From the IMG/VR virus record IMGVR_UViG_3300025120_014373: 64,000 nt of DNA; one strand, written 5' to 3'. The translations under genes and the position numbers were made by a program. Origin of the DNA: an uncultured virus (IMG/VR IMGVR_UViG_3300025120_014373) (Duplodnaviria; Heunggongvirae; Uroviricota; Caudoviricetes). Position 1 is the stretch's first letter. The number at the start of each line of letters is the position of its first letter. This document shows, one piece after another, positions 8,494 through 18,375 of this stretch. The notes beneath the pieces are model-generated. The model ran no database searches. It was not told the origin of the DNA and saw only the letters and a list, made by a program, of their open reading frames with translations.

Positions 8494-9012
8494 TTATTTA
8501 GCGTTAAAGACTTCAATAAGCTTTTGAATAACTATACTAGCATCTTCTACATCAATTACTTTACTACTAGATGTAGATGTCTTAACTGACAGTTCTTCTT
8601 CTGTTTCATAATCCCCATAAACATCCTCATCGTCACTGATAGTTAAATCTAATTCTTGCGAGGTTTCATCATCAACAATTTGGGTTATAGGTTGCGTACA
8701 ACCAATATCAGTTAGTATTACACTTAATAATTGATTTGTGTAACTTTCTTCTTTAGCTCTACCAACAAAATCAATAATTTCTGATTGGGTAAATTTACCT
8801 TTTAAATCTGCTATTGGGTTTTTAAAACTACCATATGATAATAAAGGTAAATACTTTACAGTTATATCAGCAGAGTCTTTAATTAAAAAAAATGCACCTT
8901 TTTTGTTTATAGTTACCCCGGTATCAGGTTTTTCGAATGCAATTTTAGCAGGTCGCATTAAATTTTTTTGTCTAATTTCACTATTCTTAATGATTTTCTC
9001 TTCAAATGTCAT
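8494..9012 (-). CDS. Hypothetical late protein
   Basis: 172 aa ORF, TAAATA-5nt-ATG, acidic C-terminal part. Confidence 0.65.
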   Translation of the reverse strand: MTFEEKIIKNSEIRQKNLMRPAKIAFEKPDTGVTINKKGAFFLIKDSADITVKYLPLLSYGSFKNPIADLKGKFTQSEIIDFVGRAKEESYTNQLLSVILTDIGCTQPITQIVDDETSQELDLTISDDEDVYGDYETEEELSVKTSTSSSKVIDVEDASIVIQKLIEVFNAK

Positions 9013-9472
9013 AACTATATTTATTAAAAAGAATAAAAAATTTCGTCAAGGCATTTTTAAACCTATCAATTCACAAAAATATATAGGTAAAGGTAACCCT
9101 ACATATCGATCCGGTTGGGAGTTAAAATTTTTTAGATGGGCAGACTTAAATGAAAATATATTAGTTTGGGGTAGTGAAAATATTATTATACCATATTTAA
9201 ACCCTTTAGATGGTAAAGTTCATAGATATTTTGTTGATAATTATATCGTATTTAGAGATAAGAATGGTAATAAAAATAAGTTTTTAATAGAGATTAAACC
9301 AAGTAAACAGACTTTGAGACCAGTTAAAACCAAATTTAAAAAACAAAAGACAATTATATACGAACAAAAGATGTATGTTCAAAATACAGCTAAATGGAAA
9401 GCTGCAAATGAATGGTCAAAGAAAAAAGGTTGTAAGTTTTTAATCATAACAGAAAAAGAATTGAACATATAA
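8990..9472 (+). CDS. gp4: Head completion nuclease gp4 (TnsA-like); start uncertain
   Basis: FKP.N..KY.G, YRSGWE, WGSE, HRYFVD, IEIKP, KWKAA, F.IITE. Confidence 0.88.
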   Translation: MIFSSNVITIFIKKNKKFRQGIFKPINSQKYIGKGNPTYRSGWELKFFRWADLNENILVWGSENIIIPYLNPLDGKVHRYFVDNYIVFRDKNGNKNKFLIEIKPSKQTLRPVKTKFKKQKTIIYEQKMYVQNTAKWKAANEWSKKKGCKFLIITEKELNI

Positions 9473-9506
9473 TTGAATAATACGTATTTTGACCTAAATA
9501 TCCTAT

Positions 9507-12500
9507 ATGCCTGCAGAGTGTCAAGTCAATAATATTGATATAGATTTAATTTATTCAAATACTATTGAAGAAAATATTATTTCTATTAATACAAAAAAAG
9601 AATTATTCTTTGATGTATATGAGTGTACTATAAACGATCAAAAATTAGTTTTAGAAAAGGTTGGAGATTCAGAATTAGGGCCAAAAGTTTTACTTGAAAT
9701 TAATATTGAAGGTAAAAAGTATTCTGCAGAAGCTATTTTAGTAGATAATGGTTCAACATATGTTGAATTGAATAAAGAAAATATATATTTTATTAGAACC
9801 ATACCAGATGAAAAAATAACCATAGAAGAAAGTGAAGTTGAAGATAGAGAAGTTGAAGATGAAACTTCAGATAATGTAGAGGTTAATTATGAAAATATTA
9901 TTGAACACCATGTCAATAATAAATTGGTTTTTCTTCACGAACTAGAAGAACAATTTGAAGAAAAGATTGTATCTTTAAAAGATGATATATCTAACAAGTT
10001 AGATTTATTTTTCGAAAAGTTAGAAGATAAAAAAAAAGTAATAGTTGAAGAAAAGTTAGAAAAAATAACTGATGATTTAAACGAAAAGTTTATAGTGCTT
10101 CAATCTGAACTTCAAGGTGTAGAAGATTTCAGTAAAAAAAATATCGATAATATTTTAGAAACCAAGATAAATGAAATCGATAGTAGTGTAAGTTTATTTT
10201 TAGATGGTATAACCAAAGAGTATACAAATAAAATTATATCTAGTGATAAAAAAATCACACATAATTTTTTAGAATTAAATTCTATAAAAGAAAAATTAAA
10301 AGAAAATAATAGCACAACAAATAAAAAATTTGAAGACTTAAATTCTTTAAAAGAAAAACTATTAGAACAGGATGAATTAGTTTTAAAGAATGAAGAACTT
10401 AAAAAATTTATTAATGAAGAGTTTAAGGGTATCGATAGTAAGTTTAAAAATTTATCTGAAGAGGAAAGTAAAAAGTATGATGAATTATTAGCTGCTTTTA
10501 ATAATAAAGATGTAGTTGAATATAAAACAATCTTAAAAGAAAAGATACAAGATGTCGAACTTACCCAAATAAAAGAGTCTTTACAGGAGGAAATCAGCAG
10601 TGCATTAAAAGGTGATATAGTTTCATTAAAACGTTACGTTGAAATGTCATCTGGCGGGGGTAGTGTGGCAAAACAATTCGCTGCTGGCGGTACAATGGAT
10701 GGGACTCTTAACGTTAATGGTAATATATTATCTGGAGGAACTAACTTAATTGATATTTTTAATTCTGATACTTTAATTAATTTACAAGATGTTACCGATA
10801 ATGGTAACACTACCACAAATATAATAAGCAGTAACAATACTATTATTGCTGATACTATACTTGCTACAAATTTATTATCTGCTACTACTTTGGATATAGG
10901 GTTCGAATTATCCGGTTTTAATGTTACTGGTAGTATATCTGCTAATGGTAATATATCTAGTGGTAGTTTAACTACTCCTGCTCTATCTACAGATGGTATA
11001 AATACAGAATTTATCGGTACTGTATCAGGTATTACCCAATCAATGGTAGGATTAGCTAACGTCTGCAATACCAGTGATGCTAACAAACCTGTTTCAACTG
11101 CTCAGCAGTCTGCGTTGAATTTAAAAGCTAATCTTGCATCACCAACATTTACCGATAGTGTAACGGTTGTAGGCAATTTATCAGCAAGCGGTAATTTATC
11201 TGGAGCTGATATTGTTGGTAATAATGTATTTTCAGGTGGTTTAGCAGTTTGTACATCTCAAACAATACCTACATTGCAAGCAGTTACCGATGAGGGTAAT
11301 ACAACTACTGGTAGTATTAATGTTGGTAGTTGTATTAATTTTGGAGAAAGGAATAGTAACGATATATTAATAAAAGCTGAAAGTGATAGCAGTGATTTAA
11401 CTTTATTTAGAGCTGCATCTGATGCAGACAGTGTAGGTATTGACATAAAATATATAGGTTCAGGCAATGGCGATGAAAATATATTTGAAATAGCGACTGA
11501 TGGTGGTGGTTCATTTAAGATGGATCAAAGCGGCGATGTAGGTATCAACACTGCACCTATAGATGGTGTTGGTTTAAATACGCGTAGTTTATCTTCATTA
11601 AGTTTATCAGCTAATAGTATATTTTCAGGTGGTTTAGCAGTCTGTACATCAGTACCAGCTCAAACAATCCCCTCATTGCAACAAGTTACAACTCAAGGGA
11701 ATACAACTACTAATAGTTTATCTATTGGTGATTTATCCGCTGGTAAGATTATTGGAGGATTCGCGAATAAAGCCCATGGAGTCAATGCAGCAGTGGTAGG
11801 TGGTATCAATAACACAGCTTCAGGTGCTAAATCAAGTATAGGTGGTGGTCAATCAAATGCAGCTACAGGTAATCAATCAAGTATAGGTGGTGGTTATCTT
11901 AATACAGCTGGTGGTAGTCGTTCAACCGTAGGTGGAGGTTATCGTAATTATGCGACTGGTCCTTATACTACTATAGCTGGTGGTAATTATGGTAGAGCTA
12001 CCGGTAATAATGCATTCATCGGCGGTGGCTATTATCAATTAGCCAGCGGTAATTTCTCTACTATAGGTGGTGGTATTTACGGTCAATCCACCGGGTACGT
12101 TTCAGTAATAGGTGGTGGTAGTGCTAACCGCGCGCTCGCGAATTGCTCTACAGTTGGTGGTGGTAGGACAAATTGCATCACCGCTCCCGCGATTGAGTCT
12201 GTTATAGCTGGGGGTAAGAATAATGTAGTAGGTTCAGGTAGTTTAGCGTTTGGTTGCCGTTCATTCATAGGGGGAGGAAATGGGAATCATATCTGCGCAG
12301 CTGATTCAGGTATTTTAGGTGGTATTAGTAATAGAGTTCTATCAGCTCACGCAGCCTCTTTTATTATAGGCACTGGTATAACGTCTAGTGCTGCATGTAC
12401 GACGTTTGTTAATAATTTAAGCTCTCAGGGTATAATAAATAGTTGTGTGATGACCTCAGAACAAGGGGTTAAAGTTGGTGGTGGTTCCATTTTTACATGT

Positions 12501-12779
12501 ACTGGATCTTTTTCACCATCGTTATCAGATAATGGTAAAACATTATTACTTGATACTACTAGTGGTTCAATTGTTGTTTCAGTCACTCCTCAAATATCCG
12601 GATTTGCTACAAGATATATTAAAGAAGCAGGAGCTGCTCCAGTTGTATTCAGTACCGGTACAGGTTTAAGTGGTCTATATAGTTATCAAGATAGAAATCA
12701 AATGAGTATTATATATGCACAGGCAGATATTTTCTTTAAGTCTGATAATTATGCGTTTTTAGGAGGTAATTTACAATGA
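9507..12779 (+). CDS. Fibre/adhesin: acidic coiled-coil N-terminus, beta-repeat shaft, YadA-like Gly-rich repeats
   Basis: E/K-rich first ~380 aa ending SSGGGSV; LQxVTxxGNTTT x3; many ~14 aa S-I/V-GGG-x-x-N-x-A repeats. Confidence 0.7.
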   Translation: MPAECQVNNIDIDLIYSNTIEENIISINTKKELFFDVYECTINDQKLVLEKVGDSELGPKVLLEINIEGKKYSAEAILVDNGSTYVELNKENIYFIRTIPDEKITIEESEVEDREVEDETSDNVEVNYENIIEHHVNNKLVFLHELEEQFEEKIVSLKDDISNKLDLFFEKLEDKKKVIVEEKLEKITDDLNEKFIVLQSELQGVEDFSKKNIDNILETKINEIDSSVSLFLDGITKEYTNKIISSDKKITHNFLELNSIKEKLKENNSTTNKKFEDLNSLKEKLLEQDELVLKNEELKKFINEEFKGIDSKFKNLSEEESKKYDELLAAFNNKDVVEYKTILKEKIQDVELTQIKESLQEEISSALKGDIVSLKRYVEMSSGGGSVAKQFAAGGTMDGTLNVNGNILSGGTNLIDIFNSDTLINLQDVTDNGNTTTNIISSNNTIIADTILATNLLSATTLDIGFELSGFNVTGSISANGNISSGSLTTPALSTDGINTEFIGTVSGITQSMVGLANVCNTSDANKPVSTAQQSALNLKANLASPTFTDSVTVVGNLSASGNLSGADIVGNNVFSGGLAVCTSQTIPTLQAVTDEGNTTTGSINVGSCINFGERNSNDILIKAESDSSDLTLFRAASDADSVGIDIKYIGSGNGDENIFEIATDGGGSFKMDQSGDVGINTAPIDGVGLNTRSLSSLSLSANSIFSGGLAVCTSVPAQTIPSLQQVTTQGNTTTNSLSIGDLSAGKIIGGFANKAHGVNAAVVGGINNTASGAKSSIGGGQSNAATGNQSSIGGGYLNTAGGSRSTVGGGYRNYATGPYTTIAGGNYGRATGNNAFIGGGYYQLASGNFSTIGGGIYGQSTGYVSVIGGGSANRALANCSTVGGGRTNCITAPAIESVIAGGKNNVVGSGSLAFGCRSFIGGGNGNHICAADSGILGGISNRVLSAHAASFIIGTGITSSAACTTFVNNLSSQGIINSCVMTSEQGVKVGGGSIFTCTGSFSPSLSDNGKTLLLDTTSGSIVVSVTPQISGFATRYIKEAGAAPVVFSTGTGLSGLYSYQDRNQMSIIYAQADIFFKSDNYAFLGGNLQ
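11227..11650 (+). repeat. 31 bp direct repeat pair (11227-11257, 11620-11650)
   Basis: TATTTTCAGGTGGTTTAGCAGT(T/C)TGTACATC, one mismatch. Confidence 0.9.
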
Positions 12780-14641
12780 TAGGAAGAACATTAGGACCAG
12801 CACCATTATCGACAACTAACGTTGCTAATTTTTATTATAAAAGACCTACAGAGTTTCTAGACTTAGCAGTTATACCTGCACCGGGTGTAACAGAAATGTT
12901 TACATTTTTAGTGGCAGTTCAACCAGAACCAGGTAATCAAACATATTTAGCAAATCAAATAACAGGTGCCCCATCCTTATCTGCTGTTAATAATGTTGCT
13001 ATACATTGTGATGTTCAGAATAGTGGTACATTTACCGTTGATTGGGGAGATGGTACTACTGAAGTATTAGCTCAAAATACTGACCACTTTCACGTTTATA
13101 ATTATGATAACTTACCAGCATCAACTGAGTTTAGAGGCTACAGGCAAGTAGTTCTATCAGGTTACCCTACTGATAGTAATAATAAATTCACTGGTATTGT
13201 AACAAATATCGACGGTCCATTTGAACCTGGTTATACAAGTGAAAGTACTAGAAACGGTTCTAATATTCTAGATATGGAAATAAGTAGTGGTAACGCTACA
13301 AATTATGCTATCGGTGGTAATGCCAGGCCACATAAAATGTGTGAAAGAGTTGCTTTATATAATACAACAAATAATAAGTTAACTACGGGGCAGAACGCGA
13401 TATATTCAGGTATGCAGTCATTACAAGAAATAGTAAATGTACCATATATGCATGTCGATACTACTGAAAGTCATCAAGAAGCATTCAGAATGTGTAGTAA
13501 GTTAAGATATTTACCAGATGACTTTGCTGACCCAGATAGGTATTGGTTCTGGAATTCTAGTAGCTTTTATCTATGTTTTGATAGCTGCTTTAAATTAGAA
13601 TATTTACCTGAAGGTATATTTACTAAACAAGGTACGCAGGCTGAATTAGCCAATGTGCAAGATTATAGATATATGTTTAGATATTGTTATCATTTATGTT
13701 ATATACCTGAACTACCTAATAGAACATCTGGTAGTCATATACATGTTAGATCAATGTTTCAAGATTGCCATTATTTAAAACGACTACCTACAAATTTCAG
13801 AGCTAATAATATAACTACCTCGTCTTCAGATGAATTACATTTAATGCTTTATAATACTTTACGTTTAGAAAATTTTAGTGATTGGAATTTATTAGATATG
13901 CCTTCAGCTTCTAAACAACCACGTTCTATAAATTGTGAAGGTTATATGTTTCAATGTGGTAGAGATGTCAATCAAATAGTACCGTGGACAGGTTTAGATT
14001 TAGATGTAATAAACAACGTAGCCGATTGCGGGACTTATAGCGTTGGCCCTTGGAGGATGGGCCGTGGTCCTCAATATTTTGCATCTGAGTATTATGAAAA
14101 AGGTTATTTAGATTTTACAAACATTACTGATTTACAAGACGGCTTTAATAGTAATTATTGTATAAAAGAGTATCCAATTTTAAAATTTAGTCCCAATACA
14201 ATGACTAATAGCAACGCTATATTTAGAATGATGTTCGGTAATAGAAGTTTAAAAACTATTACATTTTCAGGGTTTGATGTCGATGAAACTTTTGGAAATG
14301 GTGAGTATTATCAAATGTTTTATCAAAATTATTTACTAAGTAAAGTAATCGGATTACCTTTTAATGCTGCTAATGATAGTGGGGATTATTCTGGTTTGTT
14401 TAGTAACGCTTATAATGTTGCTAGTTTTGAATTCCCAGGATTATCATCTGATCAAACAGGCTTTAGTCAAAATATTAGTCTAAGATATTGTCCACTAGAC
14501 TTAGCTAATATAGAAAATATATTTAGATATCTTAAAACTGGTTCATTTACCATAACTTTAACTAACAATAATTATGCTGATGCTATACCAGCTGAAGTAG
14601 AAGCTATTGCAACAGATAAAGGCTGGACTGTAACACATTAA
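12776..14641 (+). CDS. Putative receptor-binding protein with PKD-like motif and BspA/DUF285-like LRR repeats
   Basis: VDWGDGT; recurring MFxxCxxLxxLP; terminal IATDKGWTV; overlaps fibre stop. Confidence 0.65.
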   Translation: MIGRTLGPAPLSTTNVANFYYKRPTEFLDLAVIPAPGVTEMFTFLVAVQPEPGNQTYLANQITGAPSLSAVNNVAIHCDVQNSGTFTVDWGDGTTEVLAQNTDHFHVYNYDNLPASTEFRGYRQVVLSGYPTDSNNKFTGIVTNIDGPFEPGYTSESTRNGSNILDMEISSGNATNYAIGGNARPHKMCERVALYNTTNNKLTTGQNAIYSGMQSLQEIVNVPYMHVDTTESHQEAFRMCSKLRYLPDDFADPDRYWFWNSSSFYLCFDSCFKLEYLPEGIFTKQGTQAELANVQDYRYMFRYCYHLCYIPELPNRTSGSHIHVRSMFQDCHYLKRLPTNFRANNITTSSSDELHLMLYNTLRLENFSDWNLLDMPSASKQPRSINCEGYMFQCGRDVNQIVPWTGLDLDVINNVADCGTYSVGPWRMGRGPQYFASEYYEKGYLDFTNITDLQDGFNSNYCIKEYPILKFSPNTMTNSNAIFRMMFGNRSLKTITFSGFDVDETFGNGEYYQMFYQNYLLSKVIGLPFNAANDSGDYSGLFSNAYNVASFEFPGLSSDQTGFSQNISLRYCPLDLANIENIFRYLKTGSFTITLTNNNYADAIPAEVEAIATDKGWTVTH

Positions 14642-14656
14642 TTTATATATAATATC

Positions 14657-14965
14657 ATGAGCACAGAAACTATTAGTTTAACTACATTTGAAGGGTTTTA
14701 TATGAAAGATGGCCCTAGTACAAGGACAGGTAGAATAATGTTATTTCATGCTAAAAAAGCAATAAAATTTCCTGATGGTAATGCACTACTTAGAGCTAAC
14801 CATGAATCATATTCATACCCAGTTAGCGGTTGGACTTGGTTTGATAGTTTATCAGATGCCTGCAACAGCTATAGCTTAGATATTGAAAAATATGAAGAAG
14901 ATATTTATGGTCCATTTTATACACTTTTAACTGGTAAAGAGCCAGGAGAAGAAATAACAGTGTAA
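14657..14965 (+). CDS. Hypothetical protein, possible partner of the upstream adhesin
   Basis: 102 aa ORF, YSYPVSGWTWFDS. Confidence 0.55.
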   Translation: MSTETISLTTFEGFYMKDGPSTRTGRIMLFHAKKAIKFPDGNALLRANHESYSYPVSGWTWFDSLSDACNSYSLDIEKYEEDIYGPFYTLLTGKEPGEEITV

Positions 14966-14993
14966 AATTGGTAACTTTACGATAAATAATAAT

Positions 14994-15662
14994 ATGAGTT
15001 TAAGCCTTATAGTAGAAACACCAGCTCCCAAAGAGGAATTTGAATATATCGTTGAAGAAGGTAATTCAAAAGACAAACAAAACTTCTTCATTAAGGGTCC
15101 ATATATGATGGCCGAAGGTGTTAACCGTAACAATAGAATATACCCATTAGAAGAAATGGTCCGTGAAACGAAACGTTATGAAAATTTAATGGTGAAGACT
15201 GGTAGAGCGATGGGAGAATTAAACCATCCATCTACAGCTGATGTTGACCTTGAAAGGGCTTGTCACTTAGTAACTGAAATGACTCAAGATGGTAATGTTT
15301 TTTACGGTAAAAGTAAAGTATTATCAACACCAACAGGTTTAATCGTAAGAAGTCTTATTAATGATGGTGTGAGAGTTGGTATGAGTTCTAGAGCTCTTGG
15401 TCAACTTATACCAGAATCAGGTTCAGATGGTGTTAATAGAGTTAAAGACTTTAAGCTTGTAGCTATTGATTGTGTAGCAGATCCATCTTTTCCGAAAGCT
15501 TTTGTTAATGGCATCTTGGAAAGTAAACAATACGTAGTAAATAAATATGGACAGTTCGAAGAAATGTATGATAAATTTGAAAATAATATTTCTACTATGC
15601 CTTTAAAAAATAAAGATCAATTTTTAAAAGATAATATCATCAAATTCCTTAGAAGCCTTTAA
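14994..15662 (+). CDS. gp21: Prohead protease
   Basis: NRNNRIYP, GELNHP, GMSSRALG, DCVADPS. Confidence 0.96.
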   Translation: MSLSLIVETPAPKEEFEYIVEEGNSKDKQNFFIKGPYMMAEGVNRNNRIYPLEEMVRETKRYENLMVKTGRAMGELNHPSTADVDLERACHLVTEMTQDGNVFYGKSKVLSTPTGLIVRSLINDGVRVGMSSRALGQLIPESGSDGVNRVKDFKLVAIDCVADPSFPKAFVNGILESKQYVVNKYGQFEEMYDKFENNISTMPLKNKDQFLKDNIIKFLRSL

Positions 15663-15666
15663 TAAT

Positions 15667-15810
15667 ATGAAAGAAATTAAAACAAATTTAAAAAAATTTA
15701 TCGGTAACGTAATGAATCGTAACTATAAAAAAGCTAGTACCGATTTATCTAACGCTATTAACAAGAAAATGGAACAAAAGATATTAAATAATAATATAAA
15801 TATATTCTAA
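15667..15810 (+). CDS. Small prohead core-like protein (47 aa, absent from ORF track)
   Basis: MKEIKTNLKKFIGNVMNRNYKKASTDLSNAINKKMEQKILNNNINIF fills the gp21-gp22 gap. Confidence 0.65.
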   Translation: MKEIKTNLKKFIGNVMNRNYKKASTDLSNAINKKMEQKILNNNINIF

Positions 15811-15812
15811 TT

Positions 15813-16676
15813 ATGGACATTAAACAAATTTTATCTGAAGCAACTAATGGAGCACTTAACGACGAAGTGTTATCTGAAATTGAGAACGTTTTTGAACAGA
15901 AGCTTAACGACAAGGTTGAGATACATATAGAAAACGCTCTTAATGAACAAGACGAACTTTATACAGAGAAGCTTAACGAGTTAGTGGTCAAAATTGATGA
16001 AGACCACTCTAAGAAACTTAAAAAAGTTGTAGAAGCTATTGATAGTGATAGAGCTAATAAGTTAAAGATTGTTATTGAAAAATACGAAGGAGCTTTAAAT
16101 AATGAAGCTGAAGGTTTTCAAACACAATTGATTGAAAGTATTTCAGATTATTTAGATGTTTACCTGGAAGAGAAAATTCCAGTTGAAAGTGTTCAAGAAG
16201 CAGTAAAGAATACAAAAGCTAAGAAAATTTTAGAGGGCCTAAGAAGCCATCTAGCAGTTGATAGTGCTTTAGAAAAAGAAAGCATTAAAGAGGCCGTTAT
16301 GGACGGTCATAATCAAATAAATGAAGCTTCAAAGAAGCTTGAGTCTGTTGCAGAAGAAAATGCAGTTTTGAAAGAAGAATTAGATACAGTTAAAGCTGGT
16401 TTAGTACTTGAACAAAAAACTACAGGACTTGATAAAAGAACAAGGCAATATATAAACAAAGTATTAAAAGGTAAGGACTCTGAGTTCATTGCTGAAAACT
16501 TTGATTATGCATTGAAGCTCTTTAAGAAGAAAGAAAGCAATAGACTCGAGACTTTGAAAGAAGAAGCTTTAAGTACCAGAGAAGATGTCGATAGAGTCAT
16601 TTACGAAGACACTACACAAGAGATTGTTAGTGAAAGCGTAAATAGCCCATATATGGACGAATTATCAAAGTACTAG
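15813..16676 (+). CDS. gp22: Prohead core scaffolding protein
   Basis: Acidic coiled coil, ISDYLD, position between gp21 and gp23. Confidence 0.88.
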   Translation: MDIKQILSEATNGALNDEVLSEIENVFEQKLNDKVEIHIENALNEQDELYTEKLNELVVKIDEDHSKKLKKVVEAIDSDRANKLKIVIEKYEGALNNEAEGFQTQLIESISDYLDVYLEEKIPVESVQEAVKNTKAKKILEGLRSHLAVDSALEKESIKEAVMDGHNQINEASKKLESVAEENAVLKEELDTVKAGLVLEQKTTGLDKRTRQYINKVLKGKDSEFIAENFDYALKLFKKKESNRLETLKEEALSTREDVDRVIYEDTTQEIVSESVNSPYMDELSKY

Positions 16677-16758
16677 AATTTCCTATATTGTTTAGGTATT
16701 CCTGAGTTTCCTGGTTTTTTAAAACCTTGGGGTCGAATATAAAGGAAAAATACAAATT

Positions 16759-18240
16759 ATGAATTCAATAAGACCTTCACAGGCTTATATCGATGAGAAT
16801 CGTGCGTCGCAACTACTTGAAAAGTGGGCTCCAGTTCTGGACTACACTTCAAAGAGTGTTGCTGCGATTGAAGATAGTCATACTCGTTTAAATACTGCTA
16901 TGCTACTTGAAAATCAAGAAGCTTGGTGTATTAAAGAAGCTGGACCCAACTACGTACCAACAAATGCAAATTCTGCTGGTCGTGCTGGTGCACTAGGTTC
17001 TGCTACATCTATCGGTGCTGGTTCTGTCACTAGTGGCACACCCGGACAAGATACATACGCAACGAATGACTTCCGTCTTCCAAAGATTCTTATCCCAATG
17101 ATTCGTCGTACTTTTCCCGAGTTAATTACAAATGAAATCGTTGGTGTTCAACCAATGGCGGGTCCAGTTGGCCTTGCATTTGCTCTTCGTTATCGTTACT
17201 CAGGTGAAACACTTGGTGATGGCATCGATGGTAAGTCAGCAGCTGGTAACTCTCCATCTGGCCAGGTTAATGCATTAGCAACTGCTGCTAATAAAGAAGC
17301 TGGTTACCAAGAGCTTATAACTAATTACACCGGTACATCTGCTGGTTATCTTTCTGGTAACTCAGAATTTGCAATCAGCAGTAATGATGATGGTGTAGCT
17401 GCTCTTCTTAGAAACTTCGAAGTAACGGGTAATATCCCTACTATGGAAGTTTCTTTCGAAAAGACAGCAGTTGAAGCTGGTACACGTCGCTTAGGCGCAC
17501 GTTGGTCAGTTGAACTTGAACAGGATCTTAAGAATATGAATGGTATCGATATTGATACTGAATTGACAAACGCTATGTCGTATGAAATTCAGGCCGAAAT
17601 CGACCGTGAAATGCTTATGAGAATGATTCAGGTTGCTCTTAATGCAGGTACCGGAATTGGGTACTCTACATGGAGCCCTGCTTCTGCAGATGGCCGTTGG
17701 CTAGTAGAACGTAACCGCGACTTCTATCAAAGATTAATCGTAGAAGCTAACCGTATCGCAGTGAGAAATCGCCGTGGTGCAGCTAACTTCATCGTTGCAA
17801 CACCTCGTGTTTGCGCTATCTTGGAAATGCTCCCTGAATTCCAGTGGGTACCAGTCCAAGGTAATGTCAATACACAACCTGTAGGCGTTGCAAAGATCGG
17901 TAATCTTGGTGGTCGTTTCAATGTATACAGAGACACACGCACAGAGGGTCAAAAGATTGGTAACAGTCTTAACGTTTCTGCGAATGATGCCCCTGAATAT
18001 GCATTACTTGGTTACAAGGGTCCAGAGTTTTATGACACTGGTATCATCTACTGTCCATACATTCCAGTTATGGTTCAGAGAACAATTGGTCCTAATGACT
18101 TCGCGCCACGTGTAGGCTTGCTTACACGTTATGGTGTCGTAGACAATATCTTCGGAGCAAATCTCTATTACCACGTTATCATTGTAAAGGGACTCGGCGA
18201 AGCGTTCACACCAGGTACTAACTCGGTGTACTTCGGCTAA
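16759..18240 (+). CDS. gp23: Major capsid protein
   Basis: LLEKWAPVL, GVQPMAGPVGL, ELEQDLK, EIDRE, YCPYIP, TRYG. Confidence 0.98.
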   Translation: MNSIRPSQAYIDENRASQLLEKWAPVLDYTSKSVAAIEDSHTRLNTAMLLENQEAWCIKEAGPNYVPTNANSAGRAGALGSATSIGAGSVTSGTPGQDTYATNDFRLPKILIPMIRRTFPELITNEIVGVQPMAGPVGLAFALRYRYSGETLGDGIDGKSAAGNSPSGQVNALATAANKEAGYQELITNYTGTSAGYLSGNSEFAISSNDDGVAALLRNFEVTGNIPTMEVSFEKTAVEAGTRRLGARWSVELEQDLKNMNGIDIDTELTNAMSYEIQAEIDREMLMRMIQVALNAGTGIGYSTWSPASADGRWLVERNRDFYQRLIVEANRIAVRNRRGAANFIVATPRVCAILEMLPEFQWVPVQGNVNTQPVGVAKIGNLGGRFNVYRDTRTEGQKIGNSLNVSANDAPEYALLGYKGPEFYDTGIIYCPYIPVMVQRTIGPNDFAPRVGLLTRYGVVDNIFGANLYYHVIIVKGLGEAFTPGTNSVYFG

Positions 18241-18265
18241 TCTTAATATAAGATACTAACAGCTT

Positions 18266-18299
18266 GAGACCTGGTTCATTACGAGCCAGGTCTCTTTTT
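18266..18299 (+). terminator. Intrinsic terminator after gp23
   Basis: GAGACCTGGTTC-ATTAC-GAGCCAGGTCTC-TTTTT. Confidence 0.88.
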
Positions 18300-18300
18300 G

Positions 18301-18375
18301 TCAATCATAAAAAGATACATAAACAGTATAGCATATTACACAACATACTATAGTCCACATTATATATTCATTCAT
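18301..18375 (-). CDS. Putative 24 aa hydrophobic microprotein
   Basis: MNEYIMWTIVCCVICYTVYVSFYD; TAATG overlap with queF stop. Confidence 0.45.
   Translation of the reverse strand: MNEYIMWTIVCCVICYTVYVSFYD

Noticed and set aside
11227..11650. Repeat pair as a diversity-generating retroelement TR/VR
   Set aside because: Only 31 bp, one non-adenine mismatch, both copies in one gene, no reverse transcriptase in the window
10634..12669. Shadow ORFs within the fibre gene
   Set aside because: Antisense or off-frame to a well-supported gene; no motifs or promoters
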